In this document: one piece after another, positions 1 to 12,083 of the stretch
How positions within the stretch are numbered: position 1 is the first letter of the stretch
Layout: every line of letters starts with the position of its first letter
Assembly: GCA_010909165.1 (NCBI GenBank)
Contig: VJWM01000019.1
Span: forward strand, 1,488,001 to 1,552,000
From: Anthoceros angustus
Lineage: Eukaryota; Plantae; Anthocerotophyta
DNA: 64,000 nt
Direction of reading: 5' to 3'
Notes under the pieces: model-generated
Database searches by the model: none
What the model saw: only the letters and a program-made list of their open reading frames with translations
Told to the model about the DNA's origin: nothing
Program-made: the position numbers and the translations under genes

Positions 1-783
1 TGGCAGTGTGTGCCAATGGAGGTGGTAAGAATTGCAGCAGGTTCAGACGCGACGGTGCTGGGGAGGAAGAAAGCTCCTCCATGGGGTCAAACAATTCAAT
101 TGCGTAAGCAATGGGTCACCGATTCTACCATCCATCCTTAACCCCGTCATCAGTTCTGCTGTGCAGGATTGCAGACGGCATTCAGGAGCACATTGAAAGG
201 AGCTGGGAATAGCCTAGTCCGCAAAGACGCTCGTGCATTCCCTGCCGGAGACTGTAGCTGGAGTACGAGCAGAGTGTGATTACCTCCTGGATCGAAGGAG
301 AGACGGTGATTGCGTGCGGTTGCTGGACATAATGCTCCAAGCCGCGCAAAGAAAGGCGCACCGCCAGAGCAGACACCTGTTGAACAACCTCTTTCTCCCC
401 GGAATCTGCAGCCACCAAAGTCCGCATTGAGCCTGCTGCTGCCCGGCAATGCGACGAGCCAGAATTGCGGCCGGTGCGGCCTGGATGCAGCAAAACAGGA
501 AAACAGCAGCATTGGGAATGACGAACAATCCAGACACCAATTGCAGAGTGCAGATCCCCGGACCTAGCACCAAATCGCAGGAAGCAGCGACGAGCGCCTC
601 GAGAAGTGCCAATACTAAGTCCCACTGCTGCTTGCTCCAGCGCGCCAGGCCCTGGTCTCCCAGGCCGGCGAGCAGAATCGCGGCAAGCTGGCGCAGCCCG
701 GCCTGGAGCGCGGGGTCGGGGAGGCGCGCCAGCAGGCCCCCCCGCTGCTCCAGGACCTGGGCGAGCTTGTGCAGCGGGTCCAT
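1..783 (-). CDS. 5' end of a multi-exon gene, probably BIG/UBR4-like (auxin transport protein BIG); runs off the left edge
   Basis: ATG at 783 gives MDPLHKLAQVL..LQAGLRQLAAILLAG..LARWSKQQWDLVLALLEAL, then in a second frame EKEVVQQVSALAVRLSLRGLEHY. This resembles the BIG N-terminus as I recall it (IKRGLRSFYLLLRWG..WSDSQLQAL..IVLGVIQEVMEFSLSFLE). GT/AG sites link the frames; exon boundaries are uncertain. Confidence 0.45.
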
Positions 784-2680
784 TGGCTCGCTGCTGGGAC
801 TCTCAGCGGTGCCGCAGCGAGCGGGAACACGCTACCGTCATGTCATAGCTCACGAGTCGCCCTGAGACGCCTGTGCTCATTCCCAGATCTCTGTATGTGC
901 AACGGTCTCACTCTGCACTATCGTCTTCCAGCACGCCACGCTCGCCCTTCCTGCTTCGCCTCTTCCTTCCTCCATCAAGCTTTGCCTCAGCCAAATAAAC
1001 AACACAAAGGCAACCCATCGCCCATCATCCTCGTTGAAAATGAATCACCCTATACCATTACCTTCAAAACATATATATCATGGTTAGTTTTAAACAGACT
1101 AGGTGTGTATATAGAAAAGTCAAAAAACATATTACGATACTCCAACAAAAGACCTACACTTGCAGCGGTTGGCTCAGCGTCCCTCCATCCCTACCTACCG
1201 CTCTTGCACCCATCTTTGTCCCCTCGGTGAGTCACCTTCCTACACATTGTTCTATGGCTATAGTATATTTGCGTACCCTCGTACATTCATGGATATATAC
1301 GATATAGGTATACCACTTATACAAATATACCTAATTAAATAACAATTAATCTAATTATGGTGACAGCTCATGACAGGTGTCGTACGAGTGGCACTCAACT
1401 TCACGGAGTAGCCAATTACTGCCAATAGGTTCATTAAATAAATTATTATTATAAAAACAAAATAATTAGAAAGCTTTTCACACTTCACACACCATCACTA
1501 TATGAGACCCAAGAGAATGTTTTCCACTCATAGTGAGGGAGAGGGCCAACAAAATTTGGTTTCCTTGTGGATTTTTTATGTTGTGAGCTACCATTAAGAG
1601 TGGATGATGACGAGTAGGCTTGATGCGTACGCTGGGATGAAGCACTCAAGAGACAGGCATCAGTTGTGCACTTATAAGAATATACTCGTATATCAATATA
1701 GGCGCTTGCCTCCCCACTAGTAATATAAATATAAATATTCCAAGTGTTAATGCAGTATGGTTGAATTATCTAGTTCGAGTTATTTTTGAACGACATATTG
1801 AAGATAAAAAATTGCCCCAATATGACCTCAACAATTACTTAATTTTGCTAATCGATTGACAACATACGACACAACAGTAGAAGTTGAGAGAGACTCTTTT
1901 TTTTAAGACATGTGGGCATAGCCACATGTGTAGGTATGCCCCTGCTTCATCACACCGTTGGCAATACTGCGTCAAAAACGCTAACATGAAGTTGAAGCAC
2001 ATTCCCTCTTATTCAATAATTTAATAATTTGAGTTAAATATAATATTAGAATGGTAGAGCCCATTAACTTAGAATCATAAACTAAAAACTATGTTTGATA
2101 CAATAATTATATGAATCTAATCAACCTTTTAACTGGCCTAACCTTTGAGGATTGTTGGTATTGTTATCCTGCTAATAGGAATGGGCGAATATCTCCAGTG
2201 AAATATTGCCTCAACCCCAAATTGTCGGAGGTCCTTTTGAGTAGGTTTTCTGATTTTGTAAAATAGGCCTTCTATTCTGTACTCAACCTGGATTTGAATA
2301 TTTTAAAATAAATATAATTATCAACTATTTGTATTCTACAATTTTATGTATTTTATGTATATTTTAAATATTCCTGAATTTTACAATATTAAATAATGTG
2401 ATATCCTCTCAACTCGGTCCTATGCCAAAACAATGATCTTGTTAGTGGACAGACATTTTTCATGTTGTGTGTCCAAGCGGAGTGAAATCAACTTTTTCTT
2501 CTCTGTGTCGTTGCCGTGATCTTAATAGGTGAAGGTGGCTGGGAGCTCGTGAGCGACGATTGTGAACAAAGCAACGTGACGCACGTATGTGATCTTCCCG
2601 CTCCTGGGAAACAGCCATAACTGTCTGAGTTCTCTTTTACACTTGGACTGGCCGCATCGTCGCCCAGCTTTCTCATCTTG

Positions 2681-3266
2681 AAGCCAAATTGGCAAAGTAC
2701 CCAATCTCGTTAGTAGGCCTAGTGCTGTCGGCTAAGTTTGGTTACTATCTGCTGGAGAGAAATATGCTAGAAAGAATGTGCCACCTGCCAAGATTCTTCG
2801 AGAAACTGTGAATTTGCTGGGACAGCCCAAACAAAAATTTCTGGTTCGTTAGCAGTTCATCCTATATGTACACACATGAATCTGCTATGAAAGTAGCAAA
2901 CACTGTGACAAAATGGAGGAAATCCTTTGGCCAAAAAGATCAACCCTCTCCTAGTTTTACTTTCAATGCTTCCTGACCGACGCATTTGGCATGCAAACAA
3001 CAAAGAGGTAAGAGCCTGTGTGTGGTTACCAAACAATCCAATCCAGCCTGGTATGGGTACGTCTTTATGTCTTTTAGGGGCTGGAGTAAACTTGCCCTCG
3101 AAAGGTGCTTCGTGCATGCACGAGCCATCTCACTGGTATGGTACTCAAATTGGAAACTGCGATGAGTTAAAAAGGAAAGTTCCCTCAATTTTGTACTCGA
3201 GTTAATTGGAAAAGGATATAAACTAGATACAAATAAGGTTAGCTCCTCACTAAATATGCAGTATTG
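2681..3266. repeat. Copy A of a ~590-bp diverged direct repeat
   Basis: Starts AAGCCAAATTGGCAAAGTAC, ends GGTTAGCTCC..TGCAGTATTG. Colinear with 4935-5560 (roughly 80% identity by eye). Confidence 0.9.
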
Positions 3267-3488
3267 GTGACTTGGAGAAAAGCTTGGCATAACGAATGAG
3301 TTAAAACTTTTATTATTGTTATATTTTATTATCTTTGTGAGTGGAAGTTTGACCATCATTTTCTTAAAAATTTGTCAGAGATTTATCAATCTCCAATAAG
3401 CATACCTTTTCGTATTACTACAAACTTTATCAGCAAAAAAAATATTGTTGCTCCTCCATACATTCTTTTTCTAAACAACCTCTTGAGG

Positions 3489-3690
3489 GTTTTAATGTTG
3501 CCCTTCCTGGGGGTTTTGATGTTACCGTGGCTCCAGGTTTTGATGTTGCTCTTGCTCCCGGTTTTGATGTTGCCCTGTTTTGATGTTGCTCTTGCTTCTT
3601 GTTTTGATGTTGCCCTCCTCCGGCTTTTGACATTGCCCCTTCACCGGATTTTGACGTTGTTCCTCCTCCGGGTTTTGATGCTGGCTGTCT
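3489..3690. repeat. Degenerate minisatellite, about 9 units of 18-24 bp, core GGTTTTGATGTTGC
   Basis: Recurrent TTTTGATGTTGC(T/C)C cores visible directly; this explains the low-complexity ORFs 3372-3731 (+) and 3430-3740 (-). Confidence 0.85.
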
Positions 3691-3768
3691 CTCTTGGTGC
3701 TGTCAAACTTGGGAGACGATCCCAAGGGTGACACCACCAAGGTGTCACCTCCCAGCCTGGTTTCAGGT

Positions 3769-4799
3769 TGTGATGTAGGAAACCATGTAAATAAGCCGTG
3801 TTATTTACATGTAAGCCATGCTTATTTACATGAAAGCCATGCTTCTACAATCGTTTTTGATATGTCAAAGATCATCAATTAGTCCTTGACATATCAAAAA
3901 CAATTGTAGAAGCATCCGGTGAGTCATGTGAGGGAATGAGATATTTATCAACATTGAATATTGCAATACACAAAAATGCAATCCATTGGATTCAAGTGCA
4001 AGGGGGGAAGAGGAGTAAGTTTATTTGCAGAAACTTGAATTAAATCGAATGATGTTGACACATCATTGGGTTCAAGAGGAGGGAGGGAAGAGGAGGAAGT
4101 TTACTTATATTCCAATAATGGTGGCATGACATCATTGGATCCAAGTGCCTTTGAGTATGATGCAAAAGAGACACAAGATACAATGCTTGCTCTTAATTGC
4201 TCTTCTCTCGCCCCTTCTTCTACAAGGTTCTTTTTTCCCAAATTCCCTTTTCAATTGTTTCTAAATTGCTTTCCGCACGATGGCTTGTATGTCATCTTCT
4301 ATCATGGAAAGTTTTTTGGAGGGCTAGAAAAATTGTTATTGGTGGTTGTTGCATACGATCTAGAGTTCCACGGCCACTAGGCACCTCAGTCTTTCCCAAC
4401 AAGAGTGTAGCAGAAGTAAACCTGCTCTAAACAACGAAGTCTAAAAACCTCCCTTCTTCAGCCAAACATTCTAGCTTTCTTAAGCCCCAACTAAAATCTC
4501 ACAAACACTAACCTCGTAACTTATTAACTTTGATCTAAAATAATTCCTAATTACCTTCTTTATATGAATGGCTTTTTACTCTTATTCTAGTTTTGCAACA
4601 ACGGTGGGGCTAGTTTCGGTGGGGAAAAGAAATGTTCTTCTAGACTTGAATGCCCAGGTATCATCTCATTCCGAGTGGAGTATGAGGTGGGCTACCTTTG
4701 GCCTGGTCATTATCTTCCGTGCAAATTGACCTACGGTCTGACCCTCTCGGACCTCTTGACCGGCGCTCGGATGAGTTGGCATTGAGTTTCTAGGTCACA
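3769..4799. mobile_element. Candidate LTR-like segment with TGTGA...TCACA termini
   Basis: TGTGA at 3769 and TCACA ending 4799 form 5-bp inverted termini typical of LTRs; non-coding interior. No matching TSD (CAGGT vs AACGG), and no PBS or PPT found. Confidence 0.35.
3839..3915. other. 30-bp inverted repeat (29/30 paired) with a 17-nt loop
   Basis: ATGCTTCTACAATCGTTTTTGATATGTCAA (3839-3868) pairs with TTGACATATCAAAAACAATTGTAGAAGCAT (3886-3915). Confidence 0.95.
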
Positions 4800-4934
4800 A
4801 ACGGGAAATCCTTAGGGTGCAAATTGCGGGTATTCAGACCTAAGGTATCCGGTGCCAGTGACGTTGTGGAGGGAGCAACATTGGGGCGATGGAAATTCGG
4901 GAGCCGAAGGAGCAAGAGGAGGCGCGAGAGACCG

Positions 4935-5560
4935 AAGCCAAATTGGCAAAGTACTCGATCTCGTAAGCAGGCCTAGTGCTATTAGTTGAGTTTGGTTACT
5001 ATTTGCTGGAGAAAAATATGCTAGAAAGAATGTGCCACCTGCCAAGATTCTTCGGGAAACTATGAATCAGCTGGGATGTCCAGCCCAAAGAAAAACTTCT
5101 AGTTGGTTGACAGTTCATCCTGCATGGACACACATGTACAAGATACTACTCTCGAAGCATAAAACACCGTGACAAAATGGAAGAAATTCTTCTGCTAGAG
5201 TGATCAACCCTCCTCTAGTTTTACTTTCAATGCTTCCTGACGGAGGCATTTGGCATGCAAACAACAAAGAGGTAAGAGCCTGTGACAAGGTGGTTACCAA
5301 ACAATCCAATCCAGCCAGGTATGGATATGTCTTCATGTCTTTTAGGGGCTAGAGTAAACTTGCCCTCAAAAGGTGCTTCGTGCATATGCACGAAGCGCCT
5401 TTTGAGGGCATGCATGAGCCATCTCACTGGCATGGTACTCAAATTGGAAATTGAGATGAATCGAAAAGAAAAGTACCCTCCATTTTGTACTCGAGTTAAT
5501 TGGGAAAGTATATGGACTAGATATAAATAAGGTTAGCTCCTAAGTATAGATGCAGTATTG
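4935..5560. repeat. Copy B of the ~590-bp direct repeat
   Basis: Colinear with 2681-3266, with small indels. Confidence 0.9.
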
Positions 5561-6175
5561 TGATCTTTCTCTAGATCACCAATTCTGCATCTTTACTACC
5601 GAAAGAAGGTTATCTAAACGATTTGCAACTCTTGCAAATTGTCTTCCCCAAGAGTCTTACTCTCTACCCTATCACTCTCGATTCTAACCTCCTGCTCTCC
5701 AAAAGGGCTGCAAATGTTGTAATATTTCAGTATCCTCGTCGATCGAACTGCCAGTTTTCAGGGGGCGCAACTCGTGAACGTTTTTCAAGCTCGATAAGCC
5801 TTTGGTCTCCGATATAGTGTGACGATGGTACCTTTGTCAATGTTTGCACCTGTATCGTAACGGAGCAGGTATCGCAACGGGACGACTATTCATAACGGAA
5901 ACATGACTAAATTATAAAAGCATTGATCCATGGATCTGGATCTGCACAGGTAGCATTACCATATAATATCTCCATCATTTCCATGTGCCACTTGGACAGA
6001 TACAAGTATGATCCTTTCTGGCCATCTCACCTTGTATGTATGTGTCTGGAAACCGGTTAGACTTAACAATATGAATGACGATAAGAAACTAGCTAACATA
6101 CAAATACGAATGTATAGCGATACGCATTATGTTCGCTTGACCGGGGCATTCAAAACTTATCGAGGCTTGGGGGCC

Positions 6176-6623
6176 CCAAGCCTTGTTTTGACCGAGTACT
6201 ATCTCAGTCCCCGGGGACCGCCTAGCCTGGCTACGCTCGATCCCGGACTGAGTAGGGACCGTGCCTTTTTGCGACCCTTGGTCACTAAATATAATAAATA
6301 TTAAATAAATAGTTTATAAATAATAATATAAAATACTGCAGACTGTGGAGTCTGCAGACTATAGCCCAGCCGGCAGACTGCAGACAGCGTCCAATGATAA
6401 AGATGGGTCCATGTGTCCATAATAAATATAAATCCTTGAATATAAAACTAAATAATTTACTCATTTTAAACCGGACCTTTTATGAACCGTCGGTCCCCGA
6501 GGGTAATAGGGGACCGAGGGTGGGGACCGGACTCCTGAAGAAGCTCCGGTCCCATGTTTTTTTTAACACATGCCGGGACCGGGACCGGGACCGAGCTTGG
6601 GACGGGGTCAAAATGACACCCTG
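6176..6623 (+). mobile_element. Non-autonomous hAT-like MITE (~450 bp), left TIR decayed
   Basis: Right TIR GGTCAAAATGACACCCTG at 6606-6623; left remnant TTTTGACC at 6186-6193; AT-rich core; many GGGACC/GGTCCC subterminal motifs. Reverse-complement copies at 42233-42620 and 43101-43481. Confidence 0.75.
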
Positions 6624-6963
6624 CAGTTGGGGCCCGCGATATAATATCGATGGTTACGTCCCACGCGGTGAGTGGTGAGCGTGCCAGCGAACGATTTGTG
6701 ATGTGGGCTAACGTGGGGACGGGCATTCATGGACGTCTCTTCTCGCTTTCACTCTTCCAGGCTGGAGTTGCTTCGGGAAAGGCACGGTGGCCCTGTTTTC
6801 ATGCTCTTCGTTTCCGTAATCAGAGCATAGTTTGATTCAAAGTGTCGTGTTCTCTTCAGCTCCCTTGCTGCTCTCAGCGGGGCTTCTAAAATTTGCCACC
6901 TTTTCCCTCTCTTGCTTTAGTTCCGGGGTCCGGTTTTCGGGTGCAAGGATTGCTGATAATCGA

Positions 6964-7215
6964 ATGTTGGCTGGAATGACCAGTGTGTACGACGAGGTTT
7001 CACAGATTTGCTTTTGGTTTGCTTGCTTTCTTGTGGACGTGGTCGCTATTCTGTTTCGATGGTCTAAGGCGCTGGTGGCAGCGGCTTGGGAGGTGGCCGT
7101 TTTTGTGGCTTACTGCTACTACCAGTACGTTCGTTGGAAGAATCAGGTGAAGGAGAGAGTCTTGTCTCATTTTCCCTACGGGAAGCAACTTTACTTTCTC
7201 TCGCGTTGGCTCTAG
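6964..7215 (+). CDS. 83-codon ORF upstream of the DnaJ-ferredoxin gene (uORF or separate small gene)
   Basis: ATG 6964 to TAG 7215: MLAGMTSVYDEVSQICFWFACFLVDVVAILFRWSKAL..YYQYVRWKNQVKERVLSHFPYGKQLYFLSRWL. Acceptor TTCTCTTCAG ends at 6858 upstream; a plausible intron at 7354-7442 would join it to the main ATG at 7457. Confidence 0.4.
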   Translation: MLAGMTSVYDEVSQICFWFACFLVDVVAILFRWSKALVAAAWEVAVFVAYCYYQYVRWKNQVKERVLSHFPYGKQLYFLSRWL

Positions 7216-7456
7216 TCTCCACCTAGCCATGTAGTTGGTGTTCAATTTTGTGTCTGCGAATAGACTGCACTGGCTGATGGATCACATGTCTATGCCTCTA
7301 TCCTTCCCATCTGATTTATTCGTCTTGTCCCAGGGTTGTAGATCGGTGATCAGGTAGGGAGTAATCTTCCTTCTTTTTTAGAACCCCTTGTATGTGAGCT
7401 TTAGCACTCGGACTCTAGTACGTCGCTGTTTTAAGTTGACAGTGACTTGGCCAGAC

Positions 7457-9400
7457 ATGGCGGCTTTGCACCTGCACATCGTGTTTCCGGGGTCATCTTC
7501 TTCCCCTCCTTTCTCTCGTGCTCCCTGTAGGCTTGCATCATCTAGGTTATTTTTCACCGAGGGTCAGCAGTCGTCTATCCTTCCCATTCCGTTCGGGTTC
7601 AGGAGGCAGAGAAGATCTGCGGTATGCCGAGCATACAACGCGGGCAAGGGAGGCGTGACAGAGTACGGGTACGACCTGTATGAACTCCTAGGACTGGACA
7701 ACAGTGCGTCACAGAACGAGATTCGAAGTGCTTATCGGTGGTTGCAAAAGCGTTGTCATCCGGATGTGGTCGGTGAAGCTGGCCATGACATGTCAATTCT
7801 TCTCAACGAGGCTTACGCTTTGCTCTCAGACCCAGAACAGCGGGCTGTCTATGACGACGTATGTGTCACACGTGTGCACGCTTTCTGCTGCCTGAGAAGA
7901 AATGCTTGTGAAGCATAACTGTGAAGCGCAGGCAAGAGTCCTCTGATTTTGGCTTTGCTGTTGGTGGTCAGATGCGCCGGGATACTGCAGACTTTCATGA
8001 CTTCACAGGGGAGCCCCTCTATTCAGTTTGGGCTGGGCCTGTAGACGAACAACGTGCTGTCTTCGTTGACGAATCTCGTTGTATAGGTTGCCTCAAATGC
8101 GCCTTAATTGCTCCTCACACTTTTTCAATTGAGAATCGGTATGGGCGGGCTCGAGCTGTCAAGCAATGGGGTAATACGGAAACCGATATGAAGGATGCCT
8201 GTCGGTCGTGTCCTGTGGACTGTATATCGTACGAACCCCTAACCAGCCACTTTCTCCTTGATTCTTCACTCTCCTGTATTTCCAGCAGACTGTGAGTGCT
8301 CTTGATCTCAGCAAGATGACAGTTCCTTTGTTCCGATCCTTACTTTGTAGGTGGGTGGATAGAGGCAAGCTACCAGCTTTGGAATATGTGATGTCCAAAC
8401 AACCACGGGTTTCTGTGGGCATTGAAGGTCATACCAATGGGGGCATTAGATCCGAAAATGTTTTCATGGCTGCTGACAAGTTCATGTCGAGATTTGAAAG
8501 GCATGAGCAACAGCAATCCTCAGCTGCACAGGTGAGCCCAGAAACTCGTATTTCGTTAGTGGTTTCAAGAATGTGGGGGTCTGTGCACAGTCACCTAGAT
8601 TTTTATGATGTGGTGGGCAGGAGACTAGTGCTCAAAGATCCGCAAGAATGGCTGCCGCTGCTGGAATCAGAGCACGTGGTGGCAGATGGTGGCACCACTG
8701 GATAGGCAAGAAACCTGTGGCTGAGTTCTTCACCAGCAACTGGAACGCTGAAACGGCTCATTCGCTGAAAGGGGCAATCGTACATCTCAGCTGGCCAGGT
8801 CCAGGCAAAGCATCCTTCTCTTCCAGTAGGGATTTTAGACCAGAAAGCTTGGGTGCTCTGTACGAGGCAGCAGCTCAGCGCAGACGGCAAGGGGGCTCAC
8901 GTCAGGCAAACAGTGAGAACAGCGGTATGGAAGATGAGTACTGGGTACCACAGCAACCCACGGGGTCAAACTCTCATGCAACATCTCTTACAGATGTGGA
9001 TGACAATATTGGAAGCAGGGACTTCAAATGGAACTGGATTGCAAACTCCGAGACTGAGGAGTCCGCCGAGAGAGGGAAGCGAGAAACTCTGACATGGAAC
9101 TGGCTCAGTGATCTCGACAGTGAAGGGAAGGTGGACACCCTGTACAAGACCTTCTTATCAGGCGTGCCTGTGGCTGTCTCCAGCGTAGCCGCTGTGGTTA
9201 TCGGCATGACAAGCGGAACACACCCAGCCCTGTCGAAGACGGATATTGTCGGCCCTCTGCCTCCTGGGTTTGCAACAAGTGTTGCAATGCAGATGTTTCT
9301 GGCAGCAACTGTGTGGTATGTGATTGGTTCGGGTATCAGTGCTGGAATAATGTACGCTGCACTACTGGTGATAAGGATTCGGGAGAAGGGTTCGTTGTAG
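7457..9400 (+). CDS. DJC76: Plastid DnaJ (J-domain) + 4Fe-4S ferredoxin co-chaperone, DJC76/CDJ3-5 type; exons 7457-7858, 7972-8228, 8351-8531, 8621-9400
   Basis: J domain DLYELLGL..YRWLQKRCHPD..LNEAYALLSDP; ferredoxin VFVDESRCIGCLKC..CPVDCI; transit-peptide-like N-terminus; hydrophobic C-terminal helices. GT-AG introns keep the frame. Confidence 0.92.
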
Positions 9401-9629
9401 AGTGATGCGGTTGGTCATTATGTATGTATATCTGTCAATATTGTATATACTTGGTATACTCTTATCTCCGAAATAAGGCATGTCATAGATGTGACATGCA
9501 GCCAGCGAGAATGTCAACACGGATCGGTTCTCATTAAAAGAACGGAAAAGAACGGAAAAGAAATGTAGCTATGGTCAAGTACATCGTCTCTGCCATTTGT
9601 CATTGGTTTTTGCAAGCGACGGAAGAACA

Positions 9630-11300
9630 TACTAAAGTACTGTCGTCACAGGTGTGACGAGAAGATAGCTTTTGATGCATGCATCTTGCGCGTATCCGCA
9701 AAATTTCCTGACCACCACCACCTCCATCTGCAATTCTGCAGCACAGACAGGCAATGCCAGTATTTTTCTGAGGGTCATGTTAAGCGATTGCAGATACGCT
9801 ACGTCGCGCGATGCACGCATTGCACGCTGAGTTTAGGGTGGAAGAAAAATTGGACGCACTGTTTCGATCTCCCAAGAGGCCACGGGAATCTTGGATCCTT
9901 GACATGAAACCTGATTGCAACATGAGATTGTGTACATACCTCGCTGATGCAGGTGACCGTCAAGACCGATAACTTTGGCCAAACTTCACATCGCCTGCGG
10001 TAGCCACAGATGGCAAGCTAGAAAACGAGACGGCGCGGCTGCCGTCTGTGTCTTCGCAGAGGGAAGCAGATGGGACTGTGCAAAGCGGGACTTACCTCCA
10101 ATTCAGCCTGGTCAAGAGAGAATTCAAAGTCTGCAAGCGAACGTGCAGGATGAAATGGTAAGAGCTAAGAAGGCAGCAACCAGTTGCAAGCCACTGTTTT
10201 CCTTCACCGCTGCCTCAACAAGACTTGCGAGAGGCGATGTGATCTGGATCCAGATGGATCTAGTCCAGATATCTCAATGTGACTTGTGGCTAGTTACTGC
10301 TCTTCTCAGATCATACCAGCTCCTCCCTGAGCCGCGCGACCGCGCCAGTTCTGCAGCATGGACATTGGACAGGAGGCTAGGAATGAGCAAGTTCCAGACT
10401 GAGCTTACTAGGCTACGCTACGCTCCGCTCTGCTCTGCTCACCTCACCCTCAGGATGCTTATGAATTGCTTGCGAAGCCTTCCTGCGATGAAATCTGAGA
10501 CTGGTCAGGCCTGGAGGCGCGCACAAGGCACAGTCTCATGATAAGTGCTGTTTTGGACTGTTGTCTGGGAGTCAGATCTCGTTTCTTACCCAACTACCCC
10601 AGTCTGGCAGGGCACGCTGCACACAAACTCCCCTCCATATGCATGCAGCCATGATCTGTCTGTCCGCAAGTCCCGTCCTGTGGCTCACAATCGGGCAGGG
10701 ATGTGCAGATCACATGATGATAGCTAGCCTGTCTGCCTCTGCACTTTCCGCAACGGGATTTAAAAATTACAGCAATGGTCCAAACGTCCCAACCGCAACG
10801 CCAAATGATTCCCTGTCTTCATCCTTACAATGCATGCTGCTACTGCGCTCTGCAGGCGCTGGCCAAAGCTCATGAGCAGCCGGTCTGCATCCTGCTGCTG
10901 CGCCAATCGACGCGGACCCGGCCCGGCCGCTGGAATCTCCATCTCTCGCCTGTGTGCGCGAATCTTTTCTTATTCCTCTCTTTCTAATCCCCCGGCTCCG
11001 TCCTGGCGCCCCAGCCCAATCCATCAACATCGAGTGCGCATGTACCGGGAAACAGTAAGATTCGGGGCCAAAAGGACTCACCAGCCTCGCATTCCGCAGG
11101 CCGTTGTGCGACGCCTACCGCTCTCTTCTCCTCTCCTCTCTCTGACGCACACAAACCCATCACCCGGGTAACGTCCAGGGAGGCTACTGCCTCTCACATT
11201 CTCACATTCTCATCAGCCTCGCCGCGTGCTCGCATCTTCTCCGTGACTTGCACACAAGCCAAATTGAGAGGTAGACAATCGGGCTCACAGCGTCACACGC
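9630..11300 (-). other. Probable spliced transcription unit with unresolved reading frame
   Basis: Minus-strand micro-exons bounded by canonical sites: 9940-9994 (ccgcag|..|gtatgt), 10096-10130 (ttgcag|..|gtaagt), 10317-10350 (ctgcag|..|gtatga); further donors near 10442, 10828 and 11080. No family recognised. Confidence 0.3.
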
Positions 11301-12083
11301 ACAGAGCATGTACATGTTACAAAGCTGACGTCGTCCGGTCCTACCAATTTCTTGACCATGACTACCAGCTGTTCTCATGAGGGTTCTGTTCCCTTCCTTG
11401 GAGGGCAGACGTTTTTATTTTCTCCGCCTGAGCTTCTGGCATGCCAAGATTTTTCTAGATACTGCACTTGGAGGGCTTGCAGAAGATGCATGGGACTCTG
11501 AGTACCTCCTTAGAGCTTGGCTGTGGGACAGTAGTGCAGCGTGTGCATACGTTAAACACGTGCCATCCGGCACTGCTCGAGGGAACACATGGATAGGACG
11601 AGGAAGTCACATGCATGGGAGAAACCAGGCAGGGAGGAAAGTGACAACAGCTGGCATCCCTTCACAGGTTGCCGAGCATAGCTTAATAAACAAGGGAGCC
11701 TCTGACAAACGTATCTGAGTGCAACTCCACTGCGCACTCTGAACGTGGAGGCACGAAGCCTCTACATGGGTGACAACTTGAGGCAGAAGCAACTTTGACC
11801 AGACTCCACACTGAAAGTGACGTTCGCAGGAGAAACAGAGACACTCCGCAGAGAAATATGTGCTCAGGAAGAGTGTGCTCCAATCCGCCCTCTCAGACCA
11901 TGCCAGCCACGAATCTGTTCACAGCAGCGGACAGGCTTTAAAAGTGCTCCAACTGGGATAAACACTCCCTATCCAGTCCTGACACTCAGGTGTGAAAAGC
12001 ACTGACCTTTCAGCTGCATCCCTTTAGCAGGAGAGCCGAGACCCAGGCCCAGTGTGCAAGTGAAATGAAACTTCTTGCACAGT

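Noticed and set aside
1590-1680. ATGATGA box-C-like motif (also at ~29387)
   Set aside because: No paired box D (CTGA) with a terminal stem at snoRNA distance.
3372-3740. Leu-rich and Gln-rich ORFs
   Set aside because: Produced by the minisatellite; non-ATG starts and no homology cues.
5600-5800. Minus-strand fragment RVRLLGKTICKSC, reminiscent of an F-box
   Set aside because: Interrupted by stops and too short to support.
10315-10346. Partial similarity to a miR390 target site and to miR171 (TGAGCCGCGC)
   Set aside because: Only about 10 matching nt, many mismatches, no precursor hairpin.
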